A stretch of 64,000 nt of DNA from Blepharisma stoltei ATCC 30299 (taxonomy: Eukaryota; Protista; Ciliophora), in contig CBFDEM010000054.1 in the NCBI GenBank assembly GCA_965603825.1, forward strand, positions 372,001 through 436,000. The letters run 5' to 3'. The notes under the pieces are model-generated. The model was not told the DNA's origin. It searched no databases and worked only from the letters and a program-made list of their open reading frames with translations. The stretch's first letter is position 1; each line of letters begins with the position of its first letter. This document shows positions 10,712 through 22,044 of this stretch, one piece after another. The translations under genes were made by a program, and so were the position numbers.

Positions 10712-11734
10712 ATGGAAGCAGCCTCTACTATCGAGTTGACTCGTGTAGGGCTTCTCCCAAATGTCCAATATTTTCTTCCGCCTGACCCCATTTCTGAAGA
10801 AACTAATCCATTACTTTTACCTTTGCATTGTCCACAATGTTCTTGTAACAGGAAAGCCAAAAATTTATTGAAGCGAACATACACTTCATTATTCCCTAGA
10901 AAAGAAATTTCTGATTCTTGTGTTCGTGCGCAGAAATGATGCCAAACTGCTGGGGTTTCTGAGAATTCAGAGGCTTTATATATAGAAATTTTGTCAAATT
11001 CAATTGAATCAGAGTATTCGGAGCAAATAGAAAGAGATATAGACAGATCATTTCCAGACTTATATTATTTCACACTTGGAGAAGGGAAAATTGCTTTAAA
11101 GAGAGTGCTAAGTTCATTTTCAAGATTTTTACCAAATATTGGATATGTGCAAGGAATGAATTATTTGGTTGGAACACTACTGTGACACGCCTCAGAAGCT
11201 GACACTTTTTGGCTCCTTGTTAATCTAATGCAAAATTATAAGCTATACGAAAATTATATAGAAAATTTCCCAGGGTTAGAAAAGCATTGCCATATCATTG
11301 ATTTTTTAATCAGTAACTACCAACCCAAACTATATCAGCATTTCCTTCAATATGGATTAATCACACAGATGTACGCAACTGACTGATGCTTTACAATTTT
11401 TACTTGCTTACTGCCGATTAATTATAGTTATTTTGTGCTTGGGAAGTTTTTTAAAAGCGGGTGAATTTATTTTTATAAGCTTGTGTTGGAAATTTTGGAT
11501 AGATTAGAAGAGCAAATTCTGGGATGTGACAACATTGCCAAAATTTTGGCATCTTTAAAGCCCTATACTACAGGAAAGAAGCATTCAAAAAAGTTTGTAA
11601 AGAATCTTGCAAAAGGTGGTGAAAGATTAAATTGAAAAAAACTTGCAAAGCAGGCTCAGTTAAGGGAAATTGATGAAAATGTAATTTCATGTTTGGATCG
11701 GAATGCAGAAAACTTGCATACAGCTGGCTTATAA
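10712..11734 (+). CDS. Rab-GAP TBC domain protein
   Basis: One frame through TGA codons. IERDIDRSFP (Arg finger), GYVQGMNY (Gln finger), YATDW(TGA)CFTIF, KSGW(TGA)IYFYK. TAA at 11732-11734. Confidence 0.9.
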
Positions 11735-12002
11735 TAAATACGACTTAGCAATTTAATTTTTTTTGCTGTTCAACTTGGCTATTATTATGTCTTTCACTTG
11801 ATAATTATCTCTATTAATTTTAAATCGAAATATGTTGTAGATCTTTATTTTCGATAGAATTACCCTTAGCTTAATATAAAATTCTGGCTTAACGCTATTA
11901 AAGTTAAGCTTTGTTTTAACTTTTTATCCCATAAAATATCTGGGAAACTAAATTTCCTTTAAAATACCTAATTGCAAATTTTGCCATTGACTAGATAATA
12001 AA

Positions 12003-12473
12003 ATGCCTCACCATAAGGGATACAGAGCTAAGACAAGAGATTTATTCTCAAAGCCTTTCAGAAGACATGGCCCAGTCCCTCTATCTAGAACTATGGTGAC
12101 TTTCCAAAGAGGCGACTTCGTTGATATCAAAGTTGATGGTTCAGTTCACAAAGGCATGCCATATAAGTTCTATCATGGCAAGACAGGCAAAGTTTTCAAT
12201 GTTAGCGTCCATGGAATCGGTGTAATCGTTAACAAACAAGTAAGAAACCGAATTATCAAGAAAAGAATCAATGTAAGACCAGAACACTTGACAAAGAGCA
12301 GATGCAGAGAAGAGTTTTTAGCAAGGGTTATTGATAATGAAAAAGCGAGAAGCGAAGGGAAATTAAATGATTTGAAGAGAGAGCCAGTAGCACCAGCTGA
12401 AGGACACTTTGTTGTTACCAAAGGGACAGAGGTGATTGACCAACATCCTCCAGTTTATAAGTTCATTATCTAA
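12003..12473 (+). CDS. RPL21: 60S ribosomal protein L21 (eL21)
   Basis: MPHHKGYRAKTRDLFSKPFR..GDFVDIK..VHKGMPYKFYHGKTGKVFNV..KRINVRPEH. Confidence 0.97.
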   Translation: MPHHKGYRAKTRDLFSKPFRRHGPVPLSRTMVTFQRGDFVDIKVDGSVHKGMPYKFYHGKTGKVFNVSVHGIGVIVNKQVRNRIIKKRINVRPEHLTKSRCREEFLARVIDNEKARSEGKLNDLKREPVAPAEGHFVVTKGTEVIDQHPPVYKFII

Positions 12474-12556
12474 CTTATCACTTCAGATTATTAAGCCTTA
12501 ATTATTGATAAGTAATATAAGGATAGAAAAAGGTTTATTGTGATATTTAGCTTGAA

Positions 12557-12700
12557 TTATCGGGCTTTAAGCTTCACTAATCTCCTTTGTCTTTTTTTTG
12601 CTAATATGTGATATCCGCAATGCTTGCATCTAATTTTTTCTGTTGGTGTGAACTCTGTCTCTCTTCCACACTGCACACAAATAAACTTAGGGTTATCCAT
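12557..12700 (-). CDS. RPB12: RNA polymerase I/II/III shared subunit RPB12/RPABC4 (47 aa; absent from ORF track)
   Basis: MDNPKFICVQCGRETEFTPTEKIRCKHCGYHILAKKRQRRLVKLKAR* has the CxxC..IRCxxCG.RI..KKR...AR zinc-ribbon signature. Confidence 0.9.
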   Translation of the reverse strand: MDNPKFICVQCGRETEFTPTEKIRCKHCGYHILAKKRQRRLVKLKAR

Positions 12701-13138
12701 TTTATTTATATAATTGGCCTTATTTTTATGGTAAGACTGCCGATATAAATTTATTTTTTTTGATTATATATATTGATTTAAAGAAACTAAAAGAAATCTA
12801 ACTTTATTGTTGATTGTATAAAATTTTATAAATTTTTAAAAATATATTCTTTATGAAACTATTAAGAATATAAATTGTTAGAAGATTATTTACACTAGAG
12901 CAAATTAATTTGAGATCTTGCTGGTATTAGTAATTTCAAAGTATTTATAGACCTTATTTTTTATTTGACTATAAAATCAAAACACTTATAAGCTAAATTC
13001 TGCATATTCTTTATTTAAAAAATTATAAAACTTAGGCAATTCTTAAATAGTAAACTTATCATTTATAAAAGAATTAAAAATGATTTCTTGGAATTCAGCT
13101 TAAAATTTAAATAAATAAAGGAACCAAAATATTAAAAA

Positions 13139-14266
13139 ATGGGATATAAACCTTCAATACAAGGGCAATATTCAAGGTTTGTTTCAGCAAACCTTCCCCT
13201 TTTGAAATCTCATGTAGACGCAGAGCGGATTATCAATTCAAGAACACAGACGTTTTCTAAAGATTTACTAATTGAAGTATGAAGAGATATTCCTACGGAT
13301 CAAAAGCCAGATTTCCCAAAATATATTTCTTCAGAATTTGAAGATGAGCCTCACCAAACAAAAAAAGAAATTTCTACAATGAGACTGAAACTTTATAAGA
13401 CCAATTTTCTCAAGATAGCAACACCAAAAGGCAGCTTTAATTCAAATATATTAACTGGAAGATCTACATCGAGAGCAGCCACACCTTCACTTGCTCAGAG
13501 CTTATCTACAAAAAGAATTAATCGGCTAAAATTACGCACACCTCTTCCATCAGCATCATCTAAGCGTGAATCGCCAGAACTAATACAAATTTTCACTGAA
13601 TTTCAAACCCCTACTGAGTCTTCAAGAAAGCTTACCTTAAAATCTTCGTCACCTGATACAACTCGAGTGAAAGAAAAAGTGAGAATTTTGAAGCAAAAAA
13701 TAAAATTCCCTAATGAAAACGCAGTTAAATATATTTCTAAATTTTTTGAAAGCGATGAAGGAAAGCAGCGGCTAAAGCCAGAATCCCAACAATATTTTGG
13801 CATCATTTCTGAAATTCCTTATAAATTATATTTAGGGCTCCCAGAAAGGCATGGGTCTCTTTATATAACAGACATCAAAGGTGCTAACGATTTGAGTCAA
13901 CTAAGAAAGCTACATATATATGCCATTCTTACACTAGGACTCTCCAATGCTCCTTATGTTTATACATTTATTAAAGGTGGCTACATGACTATTAATATAG
14001 AAGACGATGAAGTATATGAGCTTCCAAATGTTCTTCCGAAGGCAACCAAATTTTTAGACCATCATTTGAAAAATGGAAATGTGTTGGTCCATGATTATTA
14101 TGGAATGAACCGATCCTGTGCTGTTGTGGTATTATATTTGATGAAAAAATACTCGATGAAAATGTATATGGCAATTAAAGCAGTAACTGAAGGAAGGCCA
14201 TGCTGTGATATAAGACCTGAGTTTAAGTCTTTGATTGAAAGGTTCCAAATTAGAGGAGAGCTATAA
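13139..14266 (+). CDS. Dual-specificity phosphatase-fold protein, probable pseudophosphatase
   Basis: ATG 13139 is in frame with ORF 13379 through one TGA. C-terminal DUSP fold (GSLYITD..A.DLSQL..LHI.AIL; INIEDD; GNVLVHDYYGMNRSCAVVVLYLM). Confidence 0.8.
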
Positions 14267-14356
14267 ATGCAAAGCATTTTTATTATTTTTTGAGATTTAA
14301 TTTATATTAAAATTTAATTATTTTTTAAATTAAATCGAAGGGGCTTTGAATTTTTT

Positions 14357-15460
14357 ATGGAACCGAGAGAAATAGGACTTTGTGCAATATTTAAAGGTGC
14401 GAAGCAAACAGCAGTTTTTCTTAACCAATCTCAAGAAGAAGTCAAAAATTATAAATCTCTAGTTCTTCATCAGCAATCAGATTTTTTTGTAAAATTGAAA
14501 GCTATGATCTCTGATGTAGCAAAGGATATTGGGCTGAGAAAATGCGCTGAGATGATCAATGTTCCTGAATGCGTTTTAAAGCTATTAATATGAGATCCTC
14601 CTGAACTTAAAGAAGCTAGTCCCAGTCTTGTCTCTAAAAGCATTATAAAGATTTCAAAAAGAAAAAAATCAGATAAAAAGTTCGAAAAAACAGAGCATCC
14701 AAATCAGCTTGAACAACTAGAGCAGCAAGAACAATCTGAAGACCAAAGCCAGTCAGAGTTTCCTTCTGAATCCCCAAATCATTTAGAGCAACCTGAACAA
14801 TCAAATAAGACAAAATCTGTTTCTGATTTAACCTTTGAAGACATAAAACAAAAAGTGATAGAAATGTATCACAGTGGCGGCAATATACGCGCAATCCAAT
14901 CTCTCTATGACATCCCCAATGCTGGTGTAATCCACAGCTGAGGAGACTTCTTAAGATGCAAACCAGGAATTACTGATCAGCTCAGAAACATAAAATCAAG
15001 TATAATAAACCTAAGAAAGCAGGGCAAATCTGACTTAGAAATAGCTGATTTATTCTCAGTCAGGCTATTTCGTGTATCAGAAATTGCAGGTGAATACTCT
15101 AGAAGTAAAGCATTTTTTTCTTCTCAAGATATTGTGGATGAAATCAAAAATTTTAAAGAGGCACAAAATAAAGAAGAATCTTTAAAAAGATTGGGAGCAA
15201 GCGAAAAAATGTTTGATAGGTACCTTGAGCAGTATGAAGCTGGAAATATGAAATTTGACAGGGTTTTTGAAAGTGATAATGAAGGAAGCTCATATGAAAA
15301 ATTGTCTGTAGTGGAAACCTATTATATGAATAAACAAAAAAGTCTGGATAAGGCATTAAAATCAACAGAGGCACATGGGGAACTTGTCAAAAAATGGATA
15401 CTGACGATTGAAGAAAAAACAAAAGACCTTTATGGGATGAAAACCAAAGAGCAGGAATAG
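14357..15460 (+). CDS. Protein with several helix-turn-helix-like repeats (putative DNA binding)
   Basis: ORFs 14357 and 15134 are joined in frame via two TGA and end at TAG. HTH-like units such as FEDIKQKVIEMYHSGGNIRAIQSLYDIPNAGVIHSW and IINLRKQGKSDLEIADLFSV. Confidence 0.65.
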
Positions 15461-15567
15461 TTGTATTAAAATAAGTTTTTAATTTCCTATCAATATATTT
15501 TTTATAAAATTGTTAATAAAAACGGATATTACACTAACAAAACAAGAATTACTATGGCTAATTATAA

Positions 15568-16680
15568 ATGCTATGGCTAATAATTCCATTAGCTTATGCA
15601 CTGGAAATAAAATCGAAATCATTTAAAATCGTTCAATTCACAGACTTGCATTATGGTGAAGGCGATACACAAAATAAGCAGAATATGAAATTGCAAAGTA
15701 CGATATTAGGATTCGAAAAACCTGACATGGTTGTTATTACTGGAGACATGGTAAGCGGATACTCGTGGAATGGGGAGTTGGGCTGATATAAGGAATACCA
15801 CAAGATGGTCATCCAGCCTATGAAAGATCATAATATTCCTTGGGCTATAGCACTAGGAAATCATGACATAGAAGCTGATCTGAATGGAGAACAGATTATC
15901 GAACTAGAAAAGCAGGAGCCCTTAAGCTTAGCAAAGCAGGGACCAAGCTATATTAGTCATTATGGCAATTATGTTGTCCCAATCACTTACAAAGGAAAAT
16001 TAGAATTTCTTATATGAATTTTAGACTCAGGAGATAAGCATCACTGTGGGATGCTATTTGGGTATGACTGCGTGCATGAAGACCAACTAGAATGAGTTAA
16101 AAACACACAGAAAGTTATTAATGATATCCACCAAAAGGAAATTCCTGGGTTGATGTTTATGCATATTCCACCACCTGAGTATATGAAGCTTTGGGATAAT
16201 TATAATGCAAGAGGAAATAAATATGAGCCTGTTTCTTGTTGGGGAAATCATACAGAATATTTTATAGAAGCATTATCAGGAATCCTTGGAATATCTGTAG
16301 GCCATGATCACTATAATGACTATGAAGGAATAATAAATGGGGTCAAAATGTTCTATGGAAGAAAAAGTGGGTATGCAGGTAACGGACCTGAACCTTTTTA
16401 TCCAAAAGGCGCAAGAGTTTTTGAAGTTATTCCAGAATCTAAGACAGTGAATTCTTGAATAAGAGAAGAATCAGGAAATGTAGTTGTGCATTCTGGTAGA
16501 GCAGGGAATTTTGAAAAACAATCTGTTTGTGTAGAAAGCTCAAGACTAGGCTTAAATTTGATAATTGGAGCCAAATTTTTGCTTGGAATTTTAGGACTGG
16601 CTATGACTATAACTGGTTGCTATTGCTATGTGAAAAGGCATTTTAGAATAAAATATAAGGATGAACATTTTTCAGTATAA
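15568..16680 (+). CDS. Calcineurin-like metallophosphoesterase (DCR2/PAP29-like), signal peptide and C-terminal TM anchor
   Basis: Four track ORFs in one frame via TGA. Motifs KIVQFTDLHYGE, VVITGDMV, LGNHD, FMHIP, VGHDHYND. Hydrophobic N- and C-termini. Confidence 0.9.
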
Positions 16681-16830
16681 AATAATTGTTTCAAATATTA
16701 AATTTTGTTATTTTTAATCAATTTCAAAGCTTAATTATATTATAATTTGTATGCATCACAATATAATTTAGTTTATACTCTGAAATTCTTTGAAATTATT
16801 CTTTAAGTCTTAACTTGAATTTCTAATAAA

Positions 16831-18051
16831 ATGTCTTTCAGAGAAATACGAAACTTCTGTGAAATCATGCGTTCTTTAGGATACTCGCGCATCATTTCAA
16901 TGGAAAATTTTCGAACCCCTAACTTTGAGCTAGTAGCAGATATCCTTGATTGACTTCTCTTAAGGTAAACATTACATAGAGTGGACCCGGAATGTGATAT
17001 ATTAGGCGATATTGAAGAAGAGAGACAAAGAATAAATTTTATCACGAACGTCGCCAAGTTTTTCTTATCAAAAACCAGAATAAAACTGAATCTTAAGAAA
17101 CTTTATCAAGCAGATGGGTATGCTGTCCGTGAACTTTTAAAAATTGCTTCAATGCTATATAAAGCTCAATCATCGTCGACAAAAAATGACGAAGAATCAT
17201 GTAAGATCTAGGTAGCGGTGGACATTACAATGAGCTCAAAACTTCAGAATCTGAAAACTGCGCGTGGTTTAGCTACAGAAATTACTGAAACTGGCGCCAA
17301 ACTGTTTGATTTATTAGGAAAAGAAAAGGATCTAAGAGAGGCCAGAGATAAGGCATTGGGATTTTTGGACAATATCTCAAGAAATCTCGATTCTAATGCT
17401 GAACAAGAATACATCAGAAAGTGTATTAGGGATATCATACAAGGCCAGACTGGCAATCTTTCTCAGATGGAAAAAATGCTTGAAGAACTCGAGAATGACG
17501 AGAAAACACTTGAAGCAAAAATCAAAAAGAGAACTGGAGAGCTGGAAAGAGCAGAAAAGCGCATGAAATCATTGCAAACTGTCAGACCAGGATATATGGA
17601 CGAGTATGAAAGACTGGAACAGGAACTTGAGAAACTCTACGAAGTCTATGTTGTCAGATTTAGAAACGTAGCCTATTTAGAGCACGATTTAGACGAGTAC
17701 AGCAAAAAAGAGGAAGAAAAATCCAAATTGATTTCAGATTCATTAGCTCAGCAAAGAAATGAAATCCAAGAAGACCAAAAAAGGAGGCTAATTGGAGAAG
17801 CTGAGCTTGAGGAAGCTACAATTGATTCCAATGTTCCTAAAGGAAAAGCATCCAATAATAACGCATCAAACAATCGAGATAGGCCTATGGAGGCAAGACA
17901 AAATGGTAGAAGACAATATAAGCAAGAAGAAAGTGAAGAAAGCGATTTAATTGAAGAAGATGAAGAAAGTGGGTCACTTGAAGTAGATGAAGAAGGTTCT
18001 GAAGAAGAACTGGAAGAGGAAGAAAGTGAGTCACTTGATAACGATTTTTAA
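16831..18051 (+). CDS. CLUAP1: Intraflagellar transport protein IFT38/CLUAP1; 2 tiny introns
   Basis: [41 protein letters not shown](TGA)L; [18 protein letters not shown]; [16 protein letters not shown]; acidic tail. Confidence 0.95.
16965..16979 (+). other. 15-nt spliceosomal intron (IFT38)
   Basis: GTAAACATTACATAG. Removes an in-frame TAA and gives LLRVDP. Confidence 0.9.
17201..17215 (+). other. 15-nt spliceosomal intron (IFT38)
   Basis: GTAAGATCTAGGTAG. Removes an in-frame TAG. Confidence 0.88.
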
Positions 18052-18071
18052 TTCTTCTTATTTATAAAATG

Positions 18072-18079
18072 AAAAAAAA
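18072..18079 (-). terminator. RNA polymerase III oligo(T) terminator of tRNA-Tyr
   Basis: T8 run on the minus strand immediately after the discriminator base. Confidence 0.75.
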
Positions 18080-18162
18080 TCCGATCACCCGGATTCGAAC
18101 CGGGGACCCTGGGATGACTATTTTTCTACAGTCCCATGCTCTACCAACTGAGCTATAATCGG
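18080..18162 (-). tRNA. trnY: tRNA-Tyr(GUA) with a 10-nt intron (18116-18125)
   Basis: CCGATTA-TAGCTCAGTTGGTAGAGC-A-TGGGA-CTGTAG-[AAAAATAGTC]-A-TCCCA-GGGTC-CCCGG-TTCGAAT-CCGGG-TGATCGG-A. Full cloverleaf, eukaryotic Tyr identity C1:G72 and A73, intron at the canonical 37/38 site. Confidence 0.95.
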
Positions 18163-18275
18163 ATATGCTTTTACTTTTAGCTAAGAGTATATATACCCAT
18201 AATAAATAATTTATTAGTATCATTTTGAAGCTTCGCATAAACTTTCTCATTTAATTAATATAAAGTCATAGTTAA

Positions 18276-20942
18276 TTAATTTTGCATTTCCTTACTATGC
18301 GCTCTCAATTTTAAGTTTTCATACTCTGACTCCAAGTCTCTGAGAAGCCTATTGGAAATATTTACATCGCGAATTTTTGATATAAAGTCTTCATTAAACA
18401 CTTCTTTGAAGCTGCTTGAAACTTGAACATTGGTTAGTCTAAACATAATATCCTCAAATCTGGCTCCATAAATATCACCAGAAACTGCATCTAAAATGGT
18501 AATAGCAGTTTTAAAAACAATTTTTCATCCTTCTAGCAAAAATAAATCCCAAAGCGGGAACAAAATATTTGCCCTCTCTTGCAAAATACTTGAAAAGATG
18601 GTAATAAATCAAGGAGCACTAAAATGGGCTGATGATAATCCAACTTCTTTAAAAGCCTCGTTTACTTCTGGCAGTAAAATACCTACCAATCTATCTAATT
18701 GATAGAAAAATTGTTTTAGCTTAGGTAAAGAATGTATAAATAATTCACTCATTTCAAACCTCTCAATCATGGATACAAGGCATTTAAAAGCAATTTCTTC
18801 ATTTTGAACTTGTAAGTATAAAGTCCCAGCAATATAATTCATACCTTGGCAATATCCTATTTCAGGATTATAAAGAGCATAGGTTTTTAGAATGTTTTTT
18901 AAAACTTGGTCAGAAATTTGTGGATGATGCTGATACGATCTTGATACATCCATATTGATAATATCATCAAGCTCTCCTAAAAACGAGAGATCAGATTTTA
19001 CTCTATATAAATACTCATAGTAGTTTATATAAGGAAAAGTTTCTTTCAATAGCTCTATCCAAGCTCGGGTCCTTAGTCTATTTTTTCTATCTTCGTCAAC
19101 AGTTCATTCTACTAGTCATTTCTTTAAAATTTTATGATAAATAATTTCCTTCCAACTTTTGCATACAAAAAGCAAAGAATAGCAGTCCTTTGGTGCTAAA
19201 AATGCGATTGCTAATCCAATAGGTAATAGATTTCCATATCGAACCATATCTTTATTTCTTGCAGTAAGAGAAGCAATAGATTTTGACTCTCCATGATATC
19301 CGTTATGCTGTGTTCCTTGGACTTCAGCAAGCAGCATGCAAGTTCTTTCTGAGTCTAAATTAACTTTTTTTGATACATTCAATATCACTGCATTGGCAAG
19401 ATCATGAGGCAATCCCATATGAATCATGTGATAATTAAACTGGCTGATAATCATAAATGCTGCTGATTTTATGGCTCGCTCTTCTGGAACATCTTTTTTT
19501 AGTGCATTATTGGCCAGCTTTTTCAGAGAGTTAAAAAGCCCTTTCCTTTTCCTTTTTCTTGACTTTTCGAGTGATGCTTTGTCAGCTTCAAGTTTTGTTT
19601 GAATCGCACAGCCAATTGCTTGAATCCATCGACTAGCTTCGTTCCAAATGGTATGGGAATTAATAAATTGTGATAAATATTTGCGCTTCTTACCAGAGTC
19701 TTCAGTATAATACTCGTGAGAAAGGACTACGATTTTCCAAAAAGTGATTGGATCTTCATCATCGTCAGTCATCATAGAAGTCAGCATACTTTTAATTAGT
19801 GCTGCAAGCTGAGTTATTTTTCGGGATTGGAGGAAGCCATTTGATTTCCAACTGTCAAGCATATCGCAAAAAAGATCTCTTCCATTGCAAGTGTGTAAAA
19901 GCTCAGACAGCTTTACATAATAGTTTGAGTCAATATTGGAGTCCTCAGAAAGAGAGGACCTTGCTGGAGATTCTCGAGAATTCTGAGGGATTAGATGGCT
20001 GAGGACAATTTTGACGAGTTCATTGTCTTGAATTTGATCAGTTTCGTCTATGGCTAGCTGATATTCAGGCTTATTTATGTCCGTATTTTGGTTAATTTTT
20101 TTCCAAGCTTCATAAGATAAAAATTCCTCTCTTTTGTTAATCTCGTCTTTAGATCTATTTGCTTCTACGAAAACTCTTATATCCATTTCACTATTAATAT
20201 TCCCAACCACAGCATTGAGCTCTTCAATTGTTTCCCATACCCCATTCTCATATTTTGCATACTGTTTTGAATACCTCTCAAGCGTGGATTTTACAAAAAT
20301 GATTCTGCTTTCTTCGCTTTGCTGCAAAGCTTCCATAATGGAAGGCATAACATTTTCATATTCATCTAAACACTCATTCATTTCAATGACTGATTTCTCA
20401 TATGATTCTGTTACTTTGTGGGCAACTCCATTGTAATAATTAGCTTGCTTAAAAGCCTTTTCTTGCTTTTCCTTCACCTCCTCTTTCATACTTAGTGCTT
20501 CAGCTTTTTCAGCAGTTTCAGCACATTTCAAATGCTTTTCTTTCAGTTTATCTAATTTTTCTTTTGATTTTGATAGCAGATTATTTGAAGACATGCCTTG
20601 ATTTGATAGAGATGAGTTTGTAGTATTGAATTGGTTGACGAAAAGCTCAAGCGGCTCAATAATTTCTAATTGAATATTCCGGGAAAACAGCATCTCCTGT
20701 TGACAAAGCTTCTGAAAATGCTGAGTAAACGAAGAAAGACCCGTTGACAGAGTGTCCATGTTTTCGTCCCCACGCAAATCAAGAATAAGGTTTTCCGTCA
20801 ATTTTTGAACCTGCGAAGCATAAGAATCTATCGCTTTCCTGTAATTTTTAAAAAAATAGCAAAGACTTGTGACTTTATTTGACCCTGTTCTCATGTGTGA
20901 ATTTACAAGGTCGAATTTGTCATAGATTTCTGAATAACTCAT
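18276..20942 (-). CDS. F-BAR + TBC RabGAP multidomain protein (~888 aa)
   Basis: ORFs 19116-20942 and 18609-19049 are joined via TGA codons and run to TAA 18276-18278. N-terminal FCH/F-BAR-like coiled coil (LQQSEESRIIFVKSTL). C-terminal TBC (IINMDVSRS, IGYCQGMNY, APW(TGA)FITIF, LWDLFLLEGW(TGA)KIVFK). Confidence 0.85.
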
Positions 20943-21193
20943 CCTTTTCTTAATAGGATTTAAAAATAATACAAAAGTGTGGTGAAAAAATTTAAGATTT
21001 TTGAATAAATAGAATGGATAAATAGCTGATTCTATTTTATCTTAAAGTATGGACGAATAATTAAAATAATAAATTATCCCAATAGTAGCTATTAGCTTTG
21101 TCAAGCAAAATATCATTTATAGTTAAACTTAGTTGTTAAGCGCTAACTTATATAAACTTCTGCTTTTTAGTCATTTTGTGGAACTCAAGTCTG

Positions 21194-21526
21194 CTACCTC
21201 TTCTTGAATCCATACTTTTTTCTTTCATAGAACATATCTGTCCTTGCAGTCCCCAAATTTATAATTTTCGGGCATCCATCCCTATCTTTTTCCAGCCTAA
21301 CACATTCAAAGCAATAATACGCATCTGAAATCCCTGGATTTCCGCACACAATGCACCTGCCTTGATTACTTCCAAAATTACACTCATCACAAATCCTAAC
21401 CAAGCTGCACTGCCTCACCAAGCTATCACAAATGACACATTTCCCATCACAGTTATCACAGACTCTTCCAATCGCAATTCCTGGCTGTTTCCTGCACATA
21501 ATTAAATCAGGGTGATGCTTTGCCAT
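21194..21526 (-). CDS. PHF5A: SF3b splicing factor PHF5A/Rds3
   Basis: [60 protein letters not shown]. Confidence 0.97.
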   Translation of the reverse strand: MAKHHPDLIMCRKQPGIAIGRVCDNCDGKCVICDSLVRQCSLVRICDECNFGSNQGRCIVCGNPGISDAYYCFECVRLEKDRDGCPKIINLGTARTDMFYERKKYGFKKR

Positions 21527-21592
21527 TTTATATCTAAATCCTCATACAAAAATTTAAATAAAATTGGGGGCATTTTCACTTATAATCAATAA

Positions 21593-22006
21593 ATGGCAAG
21601 AACTAAACAAACAGCTCGCAAGACCCCAGCTGGAAAGACTCCTAAAAAACACCTCGCAACCAAGGCAGCCAAAAAAGTCTCAGCAGTCACCACATCAGGG
21701 GTAAAAAAGCCTCACAGATTTCGTCCAGGCACCGTGGCTTTAAGAGAAATCAGGAAATATCAAAAAAGCACTGAGCTACTAGTAAGAAAACTCCCTTTCC
21801 AAAGACTTGTCAGAGAAATCGCCCAAGAATTCAAAACTGACCTTAGATTCCAGTCATCTGCAGTTCTGGCGCTACAAGAAGCGGCTGAAGCTTATCTCGT
21901 TGGTCTATTTGAAGATACCAATTTATGTGCGATCCATGGGAAAAGAGTCACAATCATGCCAAGAGATATGCAGCTCGCCCGCAGAATCCGAGGAGAAAGG
22001 ACTTAA
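21593..22006 (+). CDS. H3: Histone H3 with a divergent N-terminal tail
   Basis: [55 protein letters not shown]. Confidence 0.97.
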   Translation: MARTKQTARKTPAGKTPKKHLATKAAKKVSAVTTSGVKKPHRFRPGTVALREIRKYQKSTELLVRKLPFQRLVREIAQEFKTDLRFQSSAVLALQEAAEAYLVGLFEDTNLCAIHGKRVTIMPRDMQLARRIRGERT

Positions 22007-22044
22007 TAAGGTTAATTCATGATACTTTAAAATTTTTATATAAA

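Noticed and set aside
18062-18250. 62-aa minus-strand ORF
   Set aside because: It is a chance translation across the tRNA-Tyr gene and AT-rich spacer.
21925-22044. Apparent overlap/fusion of histone H3 with the PI4K ORF
   Set aside because: Different frames. H3 has its own TAA, and the kinase has a good ATG at 22045 after an AT-rich spacer.
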